Of a stretch of 63,973 bases of DNA, positions 17,432-27,600 are shown one piece after another. Below the pieces are notes generated by a model, which did no database searches, was not told the DNA's origin, and was given only the letters and a program-made list of their open reading frames with translations. The stretch comes from Candidatus Omnitrophota bacterium (lineage in GTDB: Bacteria > Omnitrophota > Gorgyraeia > Zapsychrales > Zapsychraceae). The stretch covers positions 1 through 63,973 of the forward strand of contig JACROV010000012.1 of the NCBI GenBank assembly GCA_016214285.1, written 5' to 3'. The position numbers and the translations under genes were made by a program. Positions within the stretch are counted from its first letter, which is position 1; every line of letters starts with the position of its first letter.

Positions 17432-17589
17432 TTGTGCCGCCCCTGGAGTATTTTTATCCGTTTCAGGTCTTCAATGTCCAGCTTATCCACCGGCCGGTTG
17501 GACTTTTTCTTAAGTGCCATACCTCCCACCAAAACGTATTTTACTTTTTGTTTCTGAAATTCCCGAAAGATTTCCTCGTAGATGATCAA
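17428..17589 (-). pseudogene. Internally deleted nucleotidyltransferase-like gene (53 aa)
   Basis: N-terminal IYEEIFREFQKQKVKYVLVGGMA is joined directly to C-terminal LKKKSNRPVDKLDIEDL; the catalytic DxD middle is missing. Confidence 0.6.
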
Positions 17590-19673
17590 TGTGTATCCCT
17601 CAATTCCTCAAAATCCGTGTAGCCGGCCTCGCGTAAAAAAGCGCTGGTCACGGCCCCGCGGCTTGAGATTTTCCAATACCGTGGAATAGCCCCGTACGCG
17701 GCCAGGAAGTTACGCGCCGTCGACGGGCTTGTAAAGACAACCTGGTCGATCTCTGCCTCCGGTACCGGTAGCGGGCGTTTGGCTGGCGGCGTGTTGTCGT
17801 AGACGGTTAATTCATCCACCCGGGCGCCCCGCCCGGTCAATTTTTGTTTTAAGTACGGGTTCGGCAGCGCCGAGCGCGGGAACAGGATCTTTCTGCCGCG
17901 CAGTTCCAGTTTCTCGGTCATCTCTTGAAAAAGCCCCTCGCTTGTTTCGACCCGGGCGACGAGTGAAACAGGAACACCTTCTTGCGCTAACGCCTTGGCC
18001 GTTGCCCGTCCGATGGCGACAAATGTTTTTTGAGTTAAATTTTCTACCCTGTATCCTTCCCCGGCCAGCAGCGCGAAAAAGTACTTCACACCGAATTTGC
18101 TGGTGAAAAGGATTATATCGTAACGGCCGAGATTTTTCAGCAACGTTTTTATTCGGCCGGCGGCCGGCGGCGCCGGCGTGATCTCGATCATCGGGAAAGG
18201 GATCACCTCGCCGTGCGCGCGGGACCGCTTCGGGTCGGTGCCGGTGTAAAGGATACGTTTGTACTGTCGCGTTGCAAGGCCTTCGTGGTAGAATTTGAGG
18301 GTTTCCCCGACGATGATCAAAACCGGCGGCTCCAGCGGATTTTCTTTGATCCTCTGTCGGACGTCTGCCAGCGTGCCGCTGACGATTTCTTCCCGCGGAC
18401 AAGTCCCTTTTGAAATGACCATCACGGGCGTTTGCTTTGACCAGCGCTTTGCGTCAAGTGATTCGACAATTTTGTCGAGTTTAGTTAATCCCATCAAAAA
18501 AACTAACGTGTCAGCTTGTGGAATATCCAGGGGGATCGGATTTTGTTCGTCCTCGTCATGTTTGTAGCCGCTGATAAAGGCCACGGTCGCGGCCACACCG
18601 CGGGCGGTGAGCGGGATACCCAGCCGGGACGGGATCCCCACGGCGGAGCTGATCCCTGGAATTACTTCCACCTGGATGTGGTAGCCGCGCAGGTATTCGA
18701 TCTCACCGGCGCCGCGCCCGAAAACCAATGGGTCGCCGCCTTTTAAGCGGACGACCGTCTTGCCGGCCGTCGCTTTTTGACGGATGAGCCGGTTGAGTTC
18801 TTCCTGCGGCATGGCGTGACTGCCTTTACGTTTGCCCGCGTAAATTTTCTCGGCATTTGGGGCGTGATCGAGAAGTTGTGCGGGAATAAGATAATCATAA
18901 AAAACGCAGCCGGCGGATTTAAGTGCCGCGACGCCTTTAATGGTGATTAATTCCGGATCACCAGGACCGGCGCCGACTAAAAAGACGCGGCCGTAACCGC
19001 GGCGCGCGTCGATCGCGGCAAAGAGTTCGCGTAGCGCTGTATCGGCGGCGCGGCCGACGATCACCAGCTGTCCTTGCAGCGGCGCCGCTTCCCACGGCAT
19101 GATATTTTGAATATATTTTTCCAGGCCTAGGCGCTTGAGGGCCGCGGTGGCGACAACAAGGCCGTCGCAATAACCATCGCGCATTTTCTGGATGCGTTCT
19201 TCAATTGTCCCGCGAATGTCCACGGTTTCCAGTTTCGGATCGAGCGTTTTGATTTGGCTTTGGCGCAAGCTGCTGCTGGTGGCGACTTTTGATCCTGCCG
19301 GCAGCCGGTCGAAGGTCGTTTTCCCGATAAAGGCATCGGTTTCATCGAGGCTGCGGGTGAGGGCGAAAATGGCCAGCCCTTTGCGCAATGTCCGCGGAAG
19401 ATCTTTGGCGCTGTGGACGGCCACGTCGATCTCGCCGGTCAACAGGGCGTCATCGAGGGTATCCGTAAAGAAATCATCGGCCGGGCTGGCGGTCAACGAA
19501 ACGGTTTTATCTTTATCGCCCCGCGTGGAATACGTCTTGCGATCAAAGGAAACTTCAATTCCTTTTTTCTTAAGAAGCGCTTGCGCTTCATCTACCTGGA
19601 CCAGCGCGAGTTTGCTGCCCCGTGAACCGGCCTTAATTTTCTGGATACAAGATGCCATAGGTTTAATAACCAA
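17586..19673 (-). CDS. hemC-cobA-hemD: Triple fusion: short HemC + uroporphyrinogen-III methyltransferase (CobA) + HemD
   Basis: GSRGSKLALVQ, VHSAKDLP and DIRG (HemC); LVGAGPGDPELIT and VRLKGGDPLVFGRG (CobA); FTSKFGV, FPRS and FTSPST (HemD). Confidence 0.9.
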   Translation of the reverse strand: MVIKPMASCIQKIKAGSRGSKLALVQVDEAQALLKKKGIEVSFDRKTYSTRGDKDKTVSLTASPADDFFTDTLDDALLTGEIDVAVHSAKDLPRTLRKGLAIFALTRSLDETDAFIGKTTFDRLPAGSKVATSSSLRQSQIKTLDPKLETVDIRGTIEERIQKMRDGYCDGLVVATAALKRLGLEKYIQNIMPWEAAPLQGQLVIVGRAADTALRELFAAIDARRGYGRVFLVGAGPGDPELITIKGVAALKSAGCVFYDYLIPAQLLDHAPNAEKIYAGKRKGSHAMPQEELNRLIRQKATAGKTVVRLKGGDPLVFGRGAGEIEYLRGYHIQVEVIPGISSAVGIPSRLGIPLTARGVAATVAFISGYKHDEDEQNPIPLDIPQADTLVFLMGLTKLDKIVESLDAKRWSKQTPVMVISKGTCPREEIVSGTLADVRQRIKENPLEPPVLIIVGETLKFYHEGLATRQYKRILYTGTDPKRSRAHGEVIPFPMIEITPAPPAAGRIKTLLKNLGRYDIILFTSKFGVKYFFALLAGEGYRVENLTQKTFVAIGRATAKALAQEGVPVSLVARVETSEGLFQEMTEKLELRGRKILFPRSALPNPYLKQKLTGRGARVDELTVYDNTPPAKRPLPVPEAEIDQVVFTSPSTARNFLAAYGAIPRYWKISSRGAVTSAFLREAGYTDFEELRDTH

Positions 19674-19866
19674 GAAACAAGGTACAAATAAAATTCAAAT
19701 CCCAAGCACCAAACTACAAACAATTTACAAATTCCAATGACCAAAATTATCAAATCTGATGATAGTTAAAAATATTTGTCATTTGGATTTAGGTATTGTG
19801 TATTGTTTGTGATTTGGAATTTGTTTATTGGATATTCTTTGGTTATTGTTTCCTGGTAATTGGGAT
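19665..19866. repeat. Heptamer-periodic inverted repeat H2 (CAAA/TTTG type)
   Basis: ..ttcaaa tcccaag caccaaa ctacaaa.. paired with ..tttgtga tttggaa tttgttt attggat.. Confidence 0.8.
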
Positions 19867-19867
19867 T

Positions 19868-20308
19868 TTATTTATACAGGTGCTCCAGTTCGATTTTAAG
19901 CGAATCCAGGCTCAAACAAACATCCCGGAAAAGAAATATCAGCGCGAGAATAAAGCAGGCGAGGCTTGCCGTGAAGAATATTTTGATGAGCGCGATCAGC
20001 TGGATGTTGAAGGCGAGCGTTGAGAACAGCATCAGCATGATGGAACTGACGAAGAACATGCTGACGGCGACCAGCCCGATGGCGGTCTGCAAAATACGGC
20101 AGCGCCGGTAAATGATATCGATCTGCGCGCGTATGCTGGGGGTCTCCTTGGCCGGGGCGGTTTTAAGCTCAGCGGTAAACGTACGGATACGGTCTATACT
20201 GCGGCCCAGGCGGTTGGTCATGGATAAAAGCACCAGCCCCAGTCCGGAAATAAAAATGCATGGCGCGATGGATGCCTGCAGACTTTGGATGAGATTTTCG
20301 GTTGGCAT
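19868..20308 (-). CDS. DUF2721-like membrane protein
   Basis: SIAPCIFISGLGLVLLSMTNRLGRSIDRIR; three hydrophobic segments. Confidence 0.8.
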   Translation of the reverse strand: MPTENLIQSLQASIAPCIFISGLGLVLLSMTNRLGRSIDRIRTFTAELKTAPAKETPSIRAQIDIIYRRCRILQTAIGLVAVSMFFVSSIMLMLFSTLAFNIQLIALIKIFFTASLACFILALIFLFRDVCLSLDSLKIELEHLYK

Positions 20309-20369
20309 ATCTTTTGTGTATAACCTAGAATTGCAAAATTGTCAATCTTTCACTGGAAGAAGCCTGCTT

Positions 20370-20503
20370 TAAATCCGAAGCACGAAATCCGAAATACGAA
20401 ACAAATAAAAAATTCAAAATCTAAAATATAAAACAACCTGTTTTGATATTTGAATTTAAAGTTTTGGATTTGTTTCGTGCTTCGATATTCGGATTTCGAA
20501 TTT
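20370..20503. repeat. Heptamer-periodic inverted repeat H3 (CGAA/TTCG type)
   Basis: aaatccgaagcacgaaatccgaaatacgaaacaaat ... atttgtttcgtgcttcgatattcggatttcgaattt. Confidence 0.85.
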
Positions 20504-22626
20504 TAATCTGTTTCTATCAATTTCTTAATTTCCGGCAGGGCTTTGCGGGCGGCGTCTTCTCCGCGCTTGATGAGTTCATCGACCTTGTAGAGTTCGAACC
20601 AGTTGATGCCAACCAGGTCCGGATGGATGATGACATCCGCCTGCTGGGCGCTTTGTTCCGCCAGCACGTATTCAGTGGCCTGAAGGGTGCGCACGATAAT
20701 ATCCGAGATATTGTGTTTGAACGGCCCCAATAACACGCGCAGGATGCGGAATCCCAGAAATCGAAACGGCGCCCTCCGGAAGGGTAATCGTTCTTTTTTG
20801 AGCTCAGTATCTTTTTCCAGGGCGAAACTCGCGGAGACGTCGTGGGGGGATTGCAGCACGTTGACGGCAATGATCTTTTTGATGTTCCGGCTGGTTAAAA
20901 TGTTCGTCGGCAAGGGATTAAGGACACCCCCGTCGATGATCAAACGGTCTTTTTCGCGGATGGGTTCGATGACGCCGGGGATCGCGATGCTTTTGCGGAT
21001 GGCGTTGACCAGTGAACCGGATTCCATAACAAGCTCTTCCCTGCGGATCAGATCATAGGCGATGATCTTCAGCGGTATCCGGGTGCTGTAAAATGTCCGG
21101 CCGCCGAAATTCTTGCGCAGCCAGTATTTGATGGCCCGCCCCCCCATGAGCCCCGAGATGGGGACAACCGGGTCAAAGAGCGCCCACAAATTCCTTTTCT
21201 TCTCAAAATCCCGGGCGATCTTCTCGATCTCGGCCGCGTCTTTACCGATCGCCCAAAGGCTGGCAATGATGGCTCCCATGCTGCTGCCCACAATAATATC
21301 GACGGGGATGTGCTCTTTCTCCAGGACGCGCAAGACCCCGATATGGGCGAGACCTAAGGCCGCCCCTCCCCCCAACGCTAACCCGACCGAAACTCCTCCG
21401 ATTTCCCGCGCGATGCGGGTGATGGTTTTGGTGTATTCGCTGTGCGGTTCCGATTGGAGAAAAGATAAATGCTGTGAACCCTCGCGTTGCGTAAGTTCCG
21501 ATGGCTGCAAGGTCGGCAGCGCGGCGTAAACATGATAGTCGAGGTGTTTGTTGATCTCTTCGAACGACAGATAGATCTTTTCCTCAACGGCCCGGACGAT
21601 GACCCTGGTTTGCTCCTCGCGGAATTTATCCTGCAGGGCGGTTTCTAACCGGTCAATGACTTTGCGGATAGATTCCATGTCTCTGGTCCGGTCGCAGGTG
21701 ATCAGGTGCACCGAATCCGATTGGGTCAGCGTTTCTAAAACGATATCGTCCATTTCATTGGGCAGATCGACCACCACGTAATGGTAATCGCCGACAAAGG
21801 CGCTGACAAAAAGACCGATGTGTTTTTTAAGGGCCGTGTCCTTGGGGTCAAAGGAAACGTTAAGAAGATCAACGGGCAGATCCTTTTTGATGACATGGTC
21901 GAGGATTTTCCCGTGGTCATCGATGATCTGCGCGAGGCCGATCGGCGGGCTCTTCCAGCGGCCAAAGGCTCCTCCCCCGCGGGGGACCTCTGGCTGCGGG
22001 GAGGGAGAACTTCCCGCGCTTTGCGCGTTACCTTCCTTCCGGTCAGGGTGGATATTAATGAAGATAACGTTCTTGCCGGTCTCTTTGCGGATGCTCAGCG
22101 CCAGGTTAATGGCGTAGGTCGAAGAGCCCGTGCCGGTGACAGGGCTGTACACGGCGATGACCGTGCTTTCAAAGACGGACCCGGTCGTGTCATGGATCTT
22201 CCGGCGGATGCGCCGCGAAAGGCTTTGGCTCAAGCGCAATCCCAGCTGCGGGATGGAGTTGAGGATCTCATGAAAGTCCGCCTTCGATATCTTAAGGACG
22301 ATCGAGTCATTGAGGGCCTCGAAATTCATCGAATGGTTTTCGCCGGTCAGGATTGAAACGATCCCGAAGTGCATGCCGCGGTGGATGAAATCAATGTCTT
22401 CTTTTTTGGCGCGCAGGCTGCTGCTGTAGGCCAGCAGGCGTCCGGAGATCAGGCAGTAGAAAAAATCCGGCGGCCCCCCCTGCGGGCAGACGATGTCGCC
22501 TTTTTTGTATTCGACGATGACGGCCTTGCGGGCGATGTGGTGGAGCTCCATCCAGCTTAATCCCGTGAAAATGGGGATCTGGCGTACCAGGTGGAAGCGG
22601 TTGATGAGAGAAGACAAGTTGTTCAT
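20503..22626 (-). CDS. cNMP-binding domain + MinD/CpaE-like domain + patatin-like phospholipase
   Basis: cNMP fold (FYCLISG, GMHFG), degenerate P-loop SPVTGTGSST, patatin motifs GGGAALG, GSSMG and DGG. Confidence 0.85.
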   Translation of the reverse strand: MNNLSSLINRFHLVRQIPIFTGLSWMELHHIARKAVIVEYKKGDIVCPQGGPPDFFYCLISGRLLAYSSSLRAKKEDIDFIHRGMHFGIVSILTGENHSMNFEALNDSIVLKISKADFHEILNSIPQLGLRLSQSLSRRIRRKIHDTTGSVFESTVIAVYSPVTGTGSSTYAINLALSIRKETGKNVIFINIHPDRKEGNAQSAGSSPSPQPEVPRGGGAFGRWKSPPIGLAQIIDDHGKILDHVIKKDLPVDLLNVSFDPKDTALKKHIGLFVSAFVGDYHYVVVDLPNEMDDIVLETLTQSDSVHLITCDRTRDMESIRKVIDRLETALQDKFREEQTRVIVRAVEEKIYLSFEEINKHLDYHVYAALPTLQPSELTQREGSQHLSFLQSEPHSEYTKTITRIAREIGGVSVGLALGGGAALGLAHIGVLRVLEKEHIPVDIIVGSSMGAIIASLWAIGKDAAEIEKIARDFEKKRNLWALFDPVVPISGLMGGRAIKYWLRKNFGGRTFYSTRIPLKIIAYDLIRREELVMESGSLVNAIRKSIAIPGVIEPIREKDRLIIDGGVLNPLPTNILTSRNIKKIIAVNVLQSPHDVSASFALEKDTELKKERLPFRRAPFRFLGFRILRVLLGPFKHNISDIIVRTLQATEYVLAEQSAQQADVIIHPDLVGINWFELYKVDELIKRGEDAARKALPEIKKLIETD

Positions 22627-22712
22627 GATTGGTAAATGGTTAATGGTAAATGGTTATTGGTTAATGGATTCTTTGACTATTAACCATTTACTATGTACCA
22701 TTAACCATTAAC
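22627..22712. repeat. Heptamer-periodic inverted repeat H4 (TGGTTAA/TTAACCA type)
   Basis: tggtaaa tggttaa tggtaaa tggttat tggttaa ... ctattaa ccattta ctatgta ccattaa ccattaa. Confidence 0.85.
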
Positions 22713-23510
22713 TCACCGGTTCGGCTTAAGCACCTCATCGATGGCCAGGAGGATATCCTCCACGTTTTGATATTTGACGAAACGGACGAATTCGATCCCT
22801 TCTTTTTTGATCATTGATTGCGCGACAATGGCCTTCTCCGGAGTATCTTCCGTGTAGAGGATGAACTTGACGTCCTGCGTCTTGGGCATTTTTTTTAATT
22901 TCGTAATGACCGCGTCCCCGGGGATATCGCCTAACGCGAAGCTGATCACCGCCACTTCGGGAACGATCGTGAAGATGTGTTCGATGGCCTCCGTTCCGCT
23001 GCGCACCAGGTGAACGACATATCCGGCGCTTAAGAGCGCCGCGCCGATTTTGTTGCATGTCGCCGTGTCGGTCTCGGCAACGCAGATATTGGCCGGCTGG
23101 TTGGTGTCACGAATTTTCGCGGTCCTGGCGGCACCGGCGGATCGTTTTTCGATGATCCGCCGGACTTCCGCCAAAAGGTCGTCGATCTCGAAAGGTTTGG
23201 CCATAAATCCGTCAACGTCCATCCCTTTGAAAAATTCCTCCATGTTCGCGCGGGCTGTCAGGATCAAAATTGGATACTTGGGCTGGCTCCACGCGTCGCA
23301 GATTTTTTGGTAAAATTCCACGCCGCCCATCACGGGCATGTTCATGTCCAGGATGATCAGGTCGGGGTTTGCCGATTCAAGTTTTTCCAGGCCATCCTTC
23401 CCGTTATCCGCCGTGGTGACGTTGTACCCTTTTGTTCCCAATACGACTTTTACCAGTTGCTGCAGGTTGATCTCGTCATCGATCAAGAGTATCTTTTTTT
23501 GTTCGTCCAT
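22713..23510 (-). CDS. Response regulator with two receiver domains (second degenerate)
   Basis: ILLIDDE, PDLIILDMNMP and MAKPF; the second domain has PEVAVISFAL in place of the phospho-Asp strand. Confidence 0.85.
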   Translation of the reverse strand: MDEQKKILLIDDEINLQQLVKVVLGTKGYNVTTADNGKDGLEKLESANPDLIILDMNMPVMGGVEFYQKICDAWSQPKYPILILTARANMEEFFKGMDVDGFMAKPFEIDDLLAEVRRIIEKRSAGAARTAKIRDTNQPANICVAETDTATCNKIGAALLSAGYVVHLVRSGTEAIEHIFTIVPEVAVISFALGDIPGDAVITKLKKMPKTQDVKFILYTEDTPEKAIVAQSMIKKEGIEFVRFVKYQNVEDILLAIDEVLKPNR

Positions 23511-23527
23511 TATCGAGCTCCTTGTTT

Positions 23528-23650
23528 TTTAGAATTCGAAGCACGAAATTCGAAATCCGAAACAATATCTAAATTCTAAACGCTCAGTTTAGGATATTAG
23601 AATTTAGAATTTTAGGTTTGTTTCGTGCTTCGTGCTTCGAATTTCGTGTT
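23528..23650. repeat. Heptamer-periodic inverted repeat H5 (CGAA/TTCG type)
   Basis: ttcgaagcacgaaattcgaaatccgaaac ... gtttcgtgcttcgtgcttcgaatttcg. Confidence 0.85.
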
Positions 23651-23659
23651 TATATGTCT

Positions 23660-24835
23660 TTATGTCCGAAACGGCATCCGGCGTTCCTGTATGGGCAAAA
23701 CGAAACTGAAGGTCGTTCCCTTGCCCAGAGTTGATTCCACCGCGATCTTTCCTCCATGCCGGAGAATGATCTCTTTACAAATGGCCAGCCCGAGCCCCGT
23801 GCCGCCTTTTTCATTCTTTTCCGCGGATTCGAGCTGCTGGAACTTTTGGAAAAGTTTTGGGAAATCCTGCTCGGCGATGCCCTTGCCCGTATCGGTGATG
23901 TTGACGATGATATGGTTGTTGGCGGGTTTGTTTTCGGTTTTGATGGTAATACCGCCGTGTTGTGTGAATTTGATCGCGTTACTGACAAGATTGTTTAACA
24001 CTTGAATGATGCGATCCTTGTCAAAAGGTACCTGGGACAGATCTTTGTCCAACTCGGCCTTAAGATATAATCCCCGGCTTTTGGCAACGTCTTGCTGGGC
24101 GTAAACGACTTCGTCAATGACCTCATTGATCCCCTGGATCTTGAAGTCCATTTGCATCTTTCCGGACTCGATCTTGGTCAGATCCAGGATGTCGGAGACC
24201 AGCCGCTGGAGATGCTCCACGCTTTTCTGCGCGCGGCCCAGGACTTCCTCCTGTTCGTGGTTGATCTCGCCGGCCATCCGCTTGCAGACCAGGTCGATCG
24301 CGATCTTGATGGAGGCCAGCGGTGTACGCAGTTCATGTGATACGGTCGAGGTGAACTCCCTCTGCAGCTTGTACATGTCGACAAGTTTTTTATTGGAGAT
24401 CTCCAGTTCATCCTGACGCCGTTTGGTCTCCGCGAACAATCCCTTGTTTTCCTCGACCAGGTCATAATGGGCGATCGCCTGGCGTACCGTGGCCAGCAGT
24501 TCCGTCGTTTTCCAGGGCTTGCTGATAAAGCGGTAGATCTCCCCCTGGTTGATGGCCTCTTCCACCATGGGAAAATCGGCATAGCCGGTAAAAAGGATAC
24601 GGACGACATCCGGGTGATTCATCTTGACCTCTTGCAGGAATTTTACGCCCAGCATGACCGGCATGCGGTGATCACAGATAACGACTTTGATGTTTTCCTG
24701 GTTGAGTATTTTGCGGGCGTGTTCGATGTCTATTGTCGCCGCAACGCCGTAATGTTCCTTGATGAACAGCCGCTGAATACCGTCAATAATGCTTTCTTCG
24801 TCATCGACAAACAATGCCTGGTTTTCCTTGTTCAC
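23660..24835 (-). CDS. Hybrid histidine kinase (N-terminal receiver + HisKA + HATPase)
   Basis: FVDDE, ICDHRMP, ISKPW, SHELRTPL, NLVSNAIKF, DTGKGI and GTGLGLAIC. Confidence 0.92.
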   Translation of the reverse strand: MNKENQALFVDDEESIIDGIQRLFIKEHYGVAATIDIEHARKILNQENIKVVICDHRMPVMLGVKFLQEVKMNHPDVVRILFTGYADFPMVEEAINQGEIYRFISKPWKTTELLATVRQAIAHYDLVEENKGLFAETKRRQDELEISNKKLVDMYKLQREFTSTVSHELRTPLASIKIAIDLVCKRMAGEINHEQEEVLGRAQKSVEHLQRLVSDILDLTKIESGKMQMDFKIQGINEVIDEVVYAQQDVAKSRGLYLKAELDKDLSQVPFDKDRIIQVLNNLVSNAIKFTQHGGITIKTENKPANNHIIVNITDTGKGIAEQDFPKLFQKFQQLESAEKNEKGGTGLGLAICKEIILRHGGKIAVESTLGKGTTFSFVLPIQERRMPFRT

Positions 24836-27597
24836 GAGCCTTTTCCCTTTTCTTTGTTGATCGGCAGCATGACGGTAAAGGTCGCCCCTTCCCCGATCTT
24901 CGACTGCACGGTCATACGTCCGTTATGTTTTTTGATGATCTCATAGCTGATGCTTAACCCCAGGCCCGTCCCCTGGCCAGTGGGTTTTGTCGTAAAGAAC
25001 GGGTCGAATATTTTATTCAAAATTTCCGGAGGGATCCCCTTGCCGGTATCGCGCACGTCGACGCACACGAATCCGTCCTGCGTGTAGGTCTTGATCGCGA
25101 TGGTGCCCGACCCTTCAATGGCGTGCAGGGCGTTGACGATCAGATTGATGAACACCTGTCCCAGCCGCTGGGGGCTGCACTCGATGATCGGCGTGTCGCC
25201 GTATTTTTTTTCCAGCTTGGCCTTGTATTTGATTTCGTTCTGGACGATCGTGAGGATACTTTCAATGACCTCTTCGATCTTGACGCGTTCCAGTATGTTC
25301 TTATCCTCGCGCGAGAAGGCACGCAAGTCCGTGACTATTTTCTGGATGCGGTCGATACCGTTACGGTTATGCTGTAATAACTTGCTCGTGTCGCCGATGA
25401 TATAATCCATGTTGATCTCTTCCTTAAGTTTGTTTATTTCTTCAACGATGGATTTCGCTTTTGTCAAATCTTCCTGCTCAACGCTTTCCTTGAGATGGTC
25501 AGCCATCTTGAGGACTTTGGCATAATCGGCTATGTATTGCTCCAGTATTTCCATGTTACTGCTGATAAATCCCACGGGATTGTTGATCTCGTGCGCCACC
25601 CCGGCGGCCAGCTGGCCGACAGAGGCCAGTTTCTCCGACTGCACAAGCTGGTTTTGCGTGGTTTTGAGCGCCTCATAGGTGGTGCTGAGGTCCTGGAATG
25701 TCTGGCGCAGGATCCTTTCCTTGTCGGCAACTTCTTTATACGCTTCACGCAGCTCATTCTCCCGGGTTTTGCGTTCGGTGATGTCGCGAATTGTGACGAT
25801 GATGATGTTTTCCATGGCGGTTTTGACGGTCCCTAGACTGATCTCAATCGGAATTTCCCTGCCGTCTTTGGTCATGCCGAAAAGGTTTCCCCCCTCCCCC
25901 ATGGGCCTGGTCCTGGCCTCTTTGGAAAAATCCTGACACTGCCGGACATGCCGGGATTTCAGATGCTCCGGCAGGAAGATTTCCGAAGTTTGCCCCAGCA
26001 ATTCCGCGCGGTTGTAGCCGAACATTTTTTCGGCCTGTGTATTGACGAGTGTTATTTCCCGTTTGTCGTTGACGATGAGCAGCGCGTCCGGAGCGCCTTC
26101 GAGAATTGCTTCGAGTTTTTTTTGGGAAGATTTGCGTTCGGTGATGTCGCGGATAAAGGCGTTAAATTGCCGTTCTTCATTGGTGACGGTAGACCAAACG
26201 GTGATTTCAACGGGAAACTCATGGCCTTCACGGTGCAACGCGGGCAGTTCCAGCGTTTTCCCGATGATCGGCCCCTCACCGGTTTCCAGGAAATGCTTTA
26301 ATCCTTTGAGATGGGCTTCACGGTATTGAGGAGGGATGATCGTCTTTTCCAGCGATTTTCCAAGGGCCTGCGCACGCGTCCACCCGAATACGCGCTCTGC
26401 CGCCTGATTCCAGTCTCTGAGGACCCCTTGCTGGTCCATGGAAACAAAGGCGTCATTCGCGGTCGCGATAATGCTTTCAAAGTATGTTTTCGAGACAGTC
26501 GTTTTCCGCAGATCTTCGGTCATGGCATTAAAGGCCTTGGCCACTTGCCCGAATTCATCTTTTGAGTTAATGGCAACTCTTGTTTGAAAATCGCCCCGGG
26601 CCACTTTTTCAACCGCCTCCGCGATGGTTACTAAGGGCGTTGTCAGCTTGCGGGAGGCGAGCATGGACAAGATGATAACAATCAAAGCAACTATTAATCC
26701 GCCGGCAAACGTAATGACCCTTAGCCGTTCGACGGCGGCAAAGGCCATGTCCGTGTTCGAAAGGACAAACCCAAACCAGCCCAGGTCTGGAAAATCAGTA
26801 TGCCCTCTCGCGTAATCATAGCCGATTAAAGATTCCACGCCATGTTCATTCTTTTCGATCAGATAACCTTCATGTTTCTGGCTGGCCAACAAGGCCGACC
26901 GCAGGCCTTCTTTAATGAGGTTAACCTTAAAAACATCATTTTGCTCAAATTCAGGCGCGGCAATAACAAGCCCGTCATTGCGCGCCAACATAAAATGGTT
27001 GCCCTTGTTCCCTCCTTTTTCTTCTTCCGCGGATAACCGCGTATCCCTCGAGAGCGTCTGTGCCTTCCATCCGGCCAGAAGGACCCCCAAGACCTTGTCT
27101 TTCTCGAACTCCGCTTTAATGGGAAAAGAAAAGGTTATCTCCCAGGCCTTGCTTATGTCGCTGTAATGGACATCGCTTGACTGGGCCTTGTCCGTTTTTG
27201 TATAATTAAAAAACTCTGTGCCCCTGAAGTCTTTTTCCAGCATCTCTGGCAGGGTTGAGGCGACAACCACGCCTTTGGGATTTATAACGCTAATGTGGGT
27301 AAAATCCCGGGTTTCTTTGCTTATGTCCATTAAAAACGATTGTATCGTCGCGTCCATGTCGCCGGTGAAAACCTCCTGCATAATGGACATCTGTGACCAG
27401 TGTTTGACAGTCTTATAAACATCCCCAAAGTTCTGTTCGGCGTTCTCTATCCGCGCGCGGGCCAACTGTTGAAAAGTTGAGCCTAAATTCTTTTTTATCG
27501 CCTGCTGGCCATTTTCATACGCGAATTTCCCCATGCCCATCAAGGGGACCAGAGAAAGGCACAGGAATAACAGGGTATTTTTAGTCCTGATTTTCAT
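24832..27597 (-). CDS. Membrane sensor kinase (Cache-like, HAMP, 2x PAS, NtrB-type kinase)
   Basis: Two TMs, [52 protein letters not shown] and DPFFTTK. Confidence 0.92.
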   Translation of the reverse strand: MKIRTKNTLLFLCLSLVPLMGMGKFAYENGQQAIKKNLGSTFQQLARARIENAEQNFGDVYKTVKHWSQMSIMQEVFTGDMDATIQSFLMDISKETRDFTHISVINPKGVVVASTLPEMLEKDFRGTEFFNYTKTDKAQSSDVHYSDISKAWEITFSFPIKAEFEKDKVLGVLLAGWKAQTLSRDTRLSAEEEKGGNKGNHFMLARNDGLVIAAPEFEQNDVFKVNLIKEGLRSALLASQKHEGYLIEKNEHGVESLIGYDYARGHTDFPDLGWFGFVLSNTDMAFAAVERLRVITFAGGLIVALIVIILSMLASRKLTTPLVTIAEAVEKVARGDFQTRVAINSKDEFGQVAKAFNAMTEDLRKTTVSKTYFESIIATANDAFVSMDQQGVLRDWNQAAERVFGWTRAQALGKSLEKTIIPPQYREAHLKGLKHFLETGEGPIIGKTLELPALHREGHEFPVEITVWSTVTNEERQFNAFIRDITERKSSQKKLEAILEGAPDALLIVNDKREITLVNTQAEKMFGYNRAELLGQTSEIFLPEHLKSRHVRQCQDFSKEARTRPMGEGGNLFGMTKDGREIPIEISLGTVKTAMENIIIVTIRDITERKTRENELREAYKEVADKERILRQTFQDLSTTYEALKTTQNQLVQSEKLASVGQLAAGVAHEINNPVGFISSNMEILEQYIADYAKVLKMADHLKESVEQEDLTKAKSIVEEINKLKEEINMDYIIGDTSKLLQHNRNGIDRIQKIVTDLRAFSREDKNILERVKIEEVIESILTIVQNEIKYKAKLEKKYGDTPIIECSPQRLGQVFINLIVNALHAIEGSGTIAIKTYTQDGFVCVDVRDTGKGIPPEILNKIFDPFFTTKPTGQGTGLGLSISYEIIKKHNGRMTVQSKIGEGATFTVMLPINKEKGKGS

Positions 27598-27600
27598 TTT

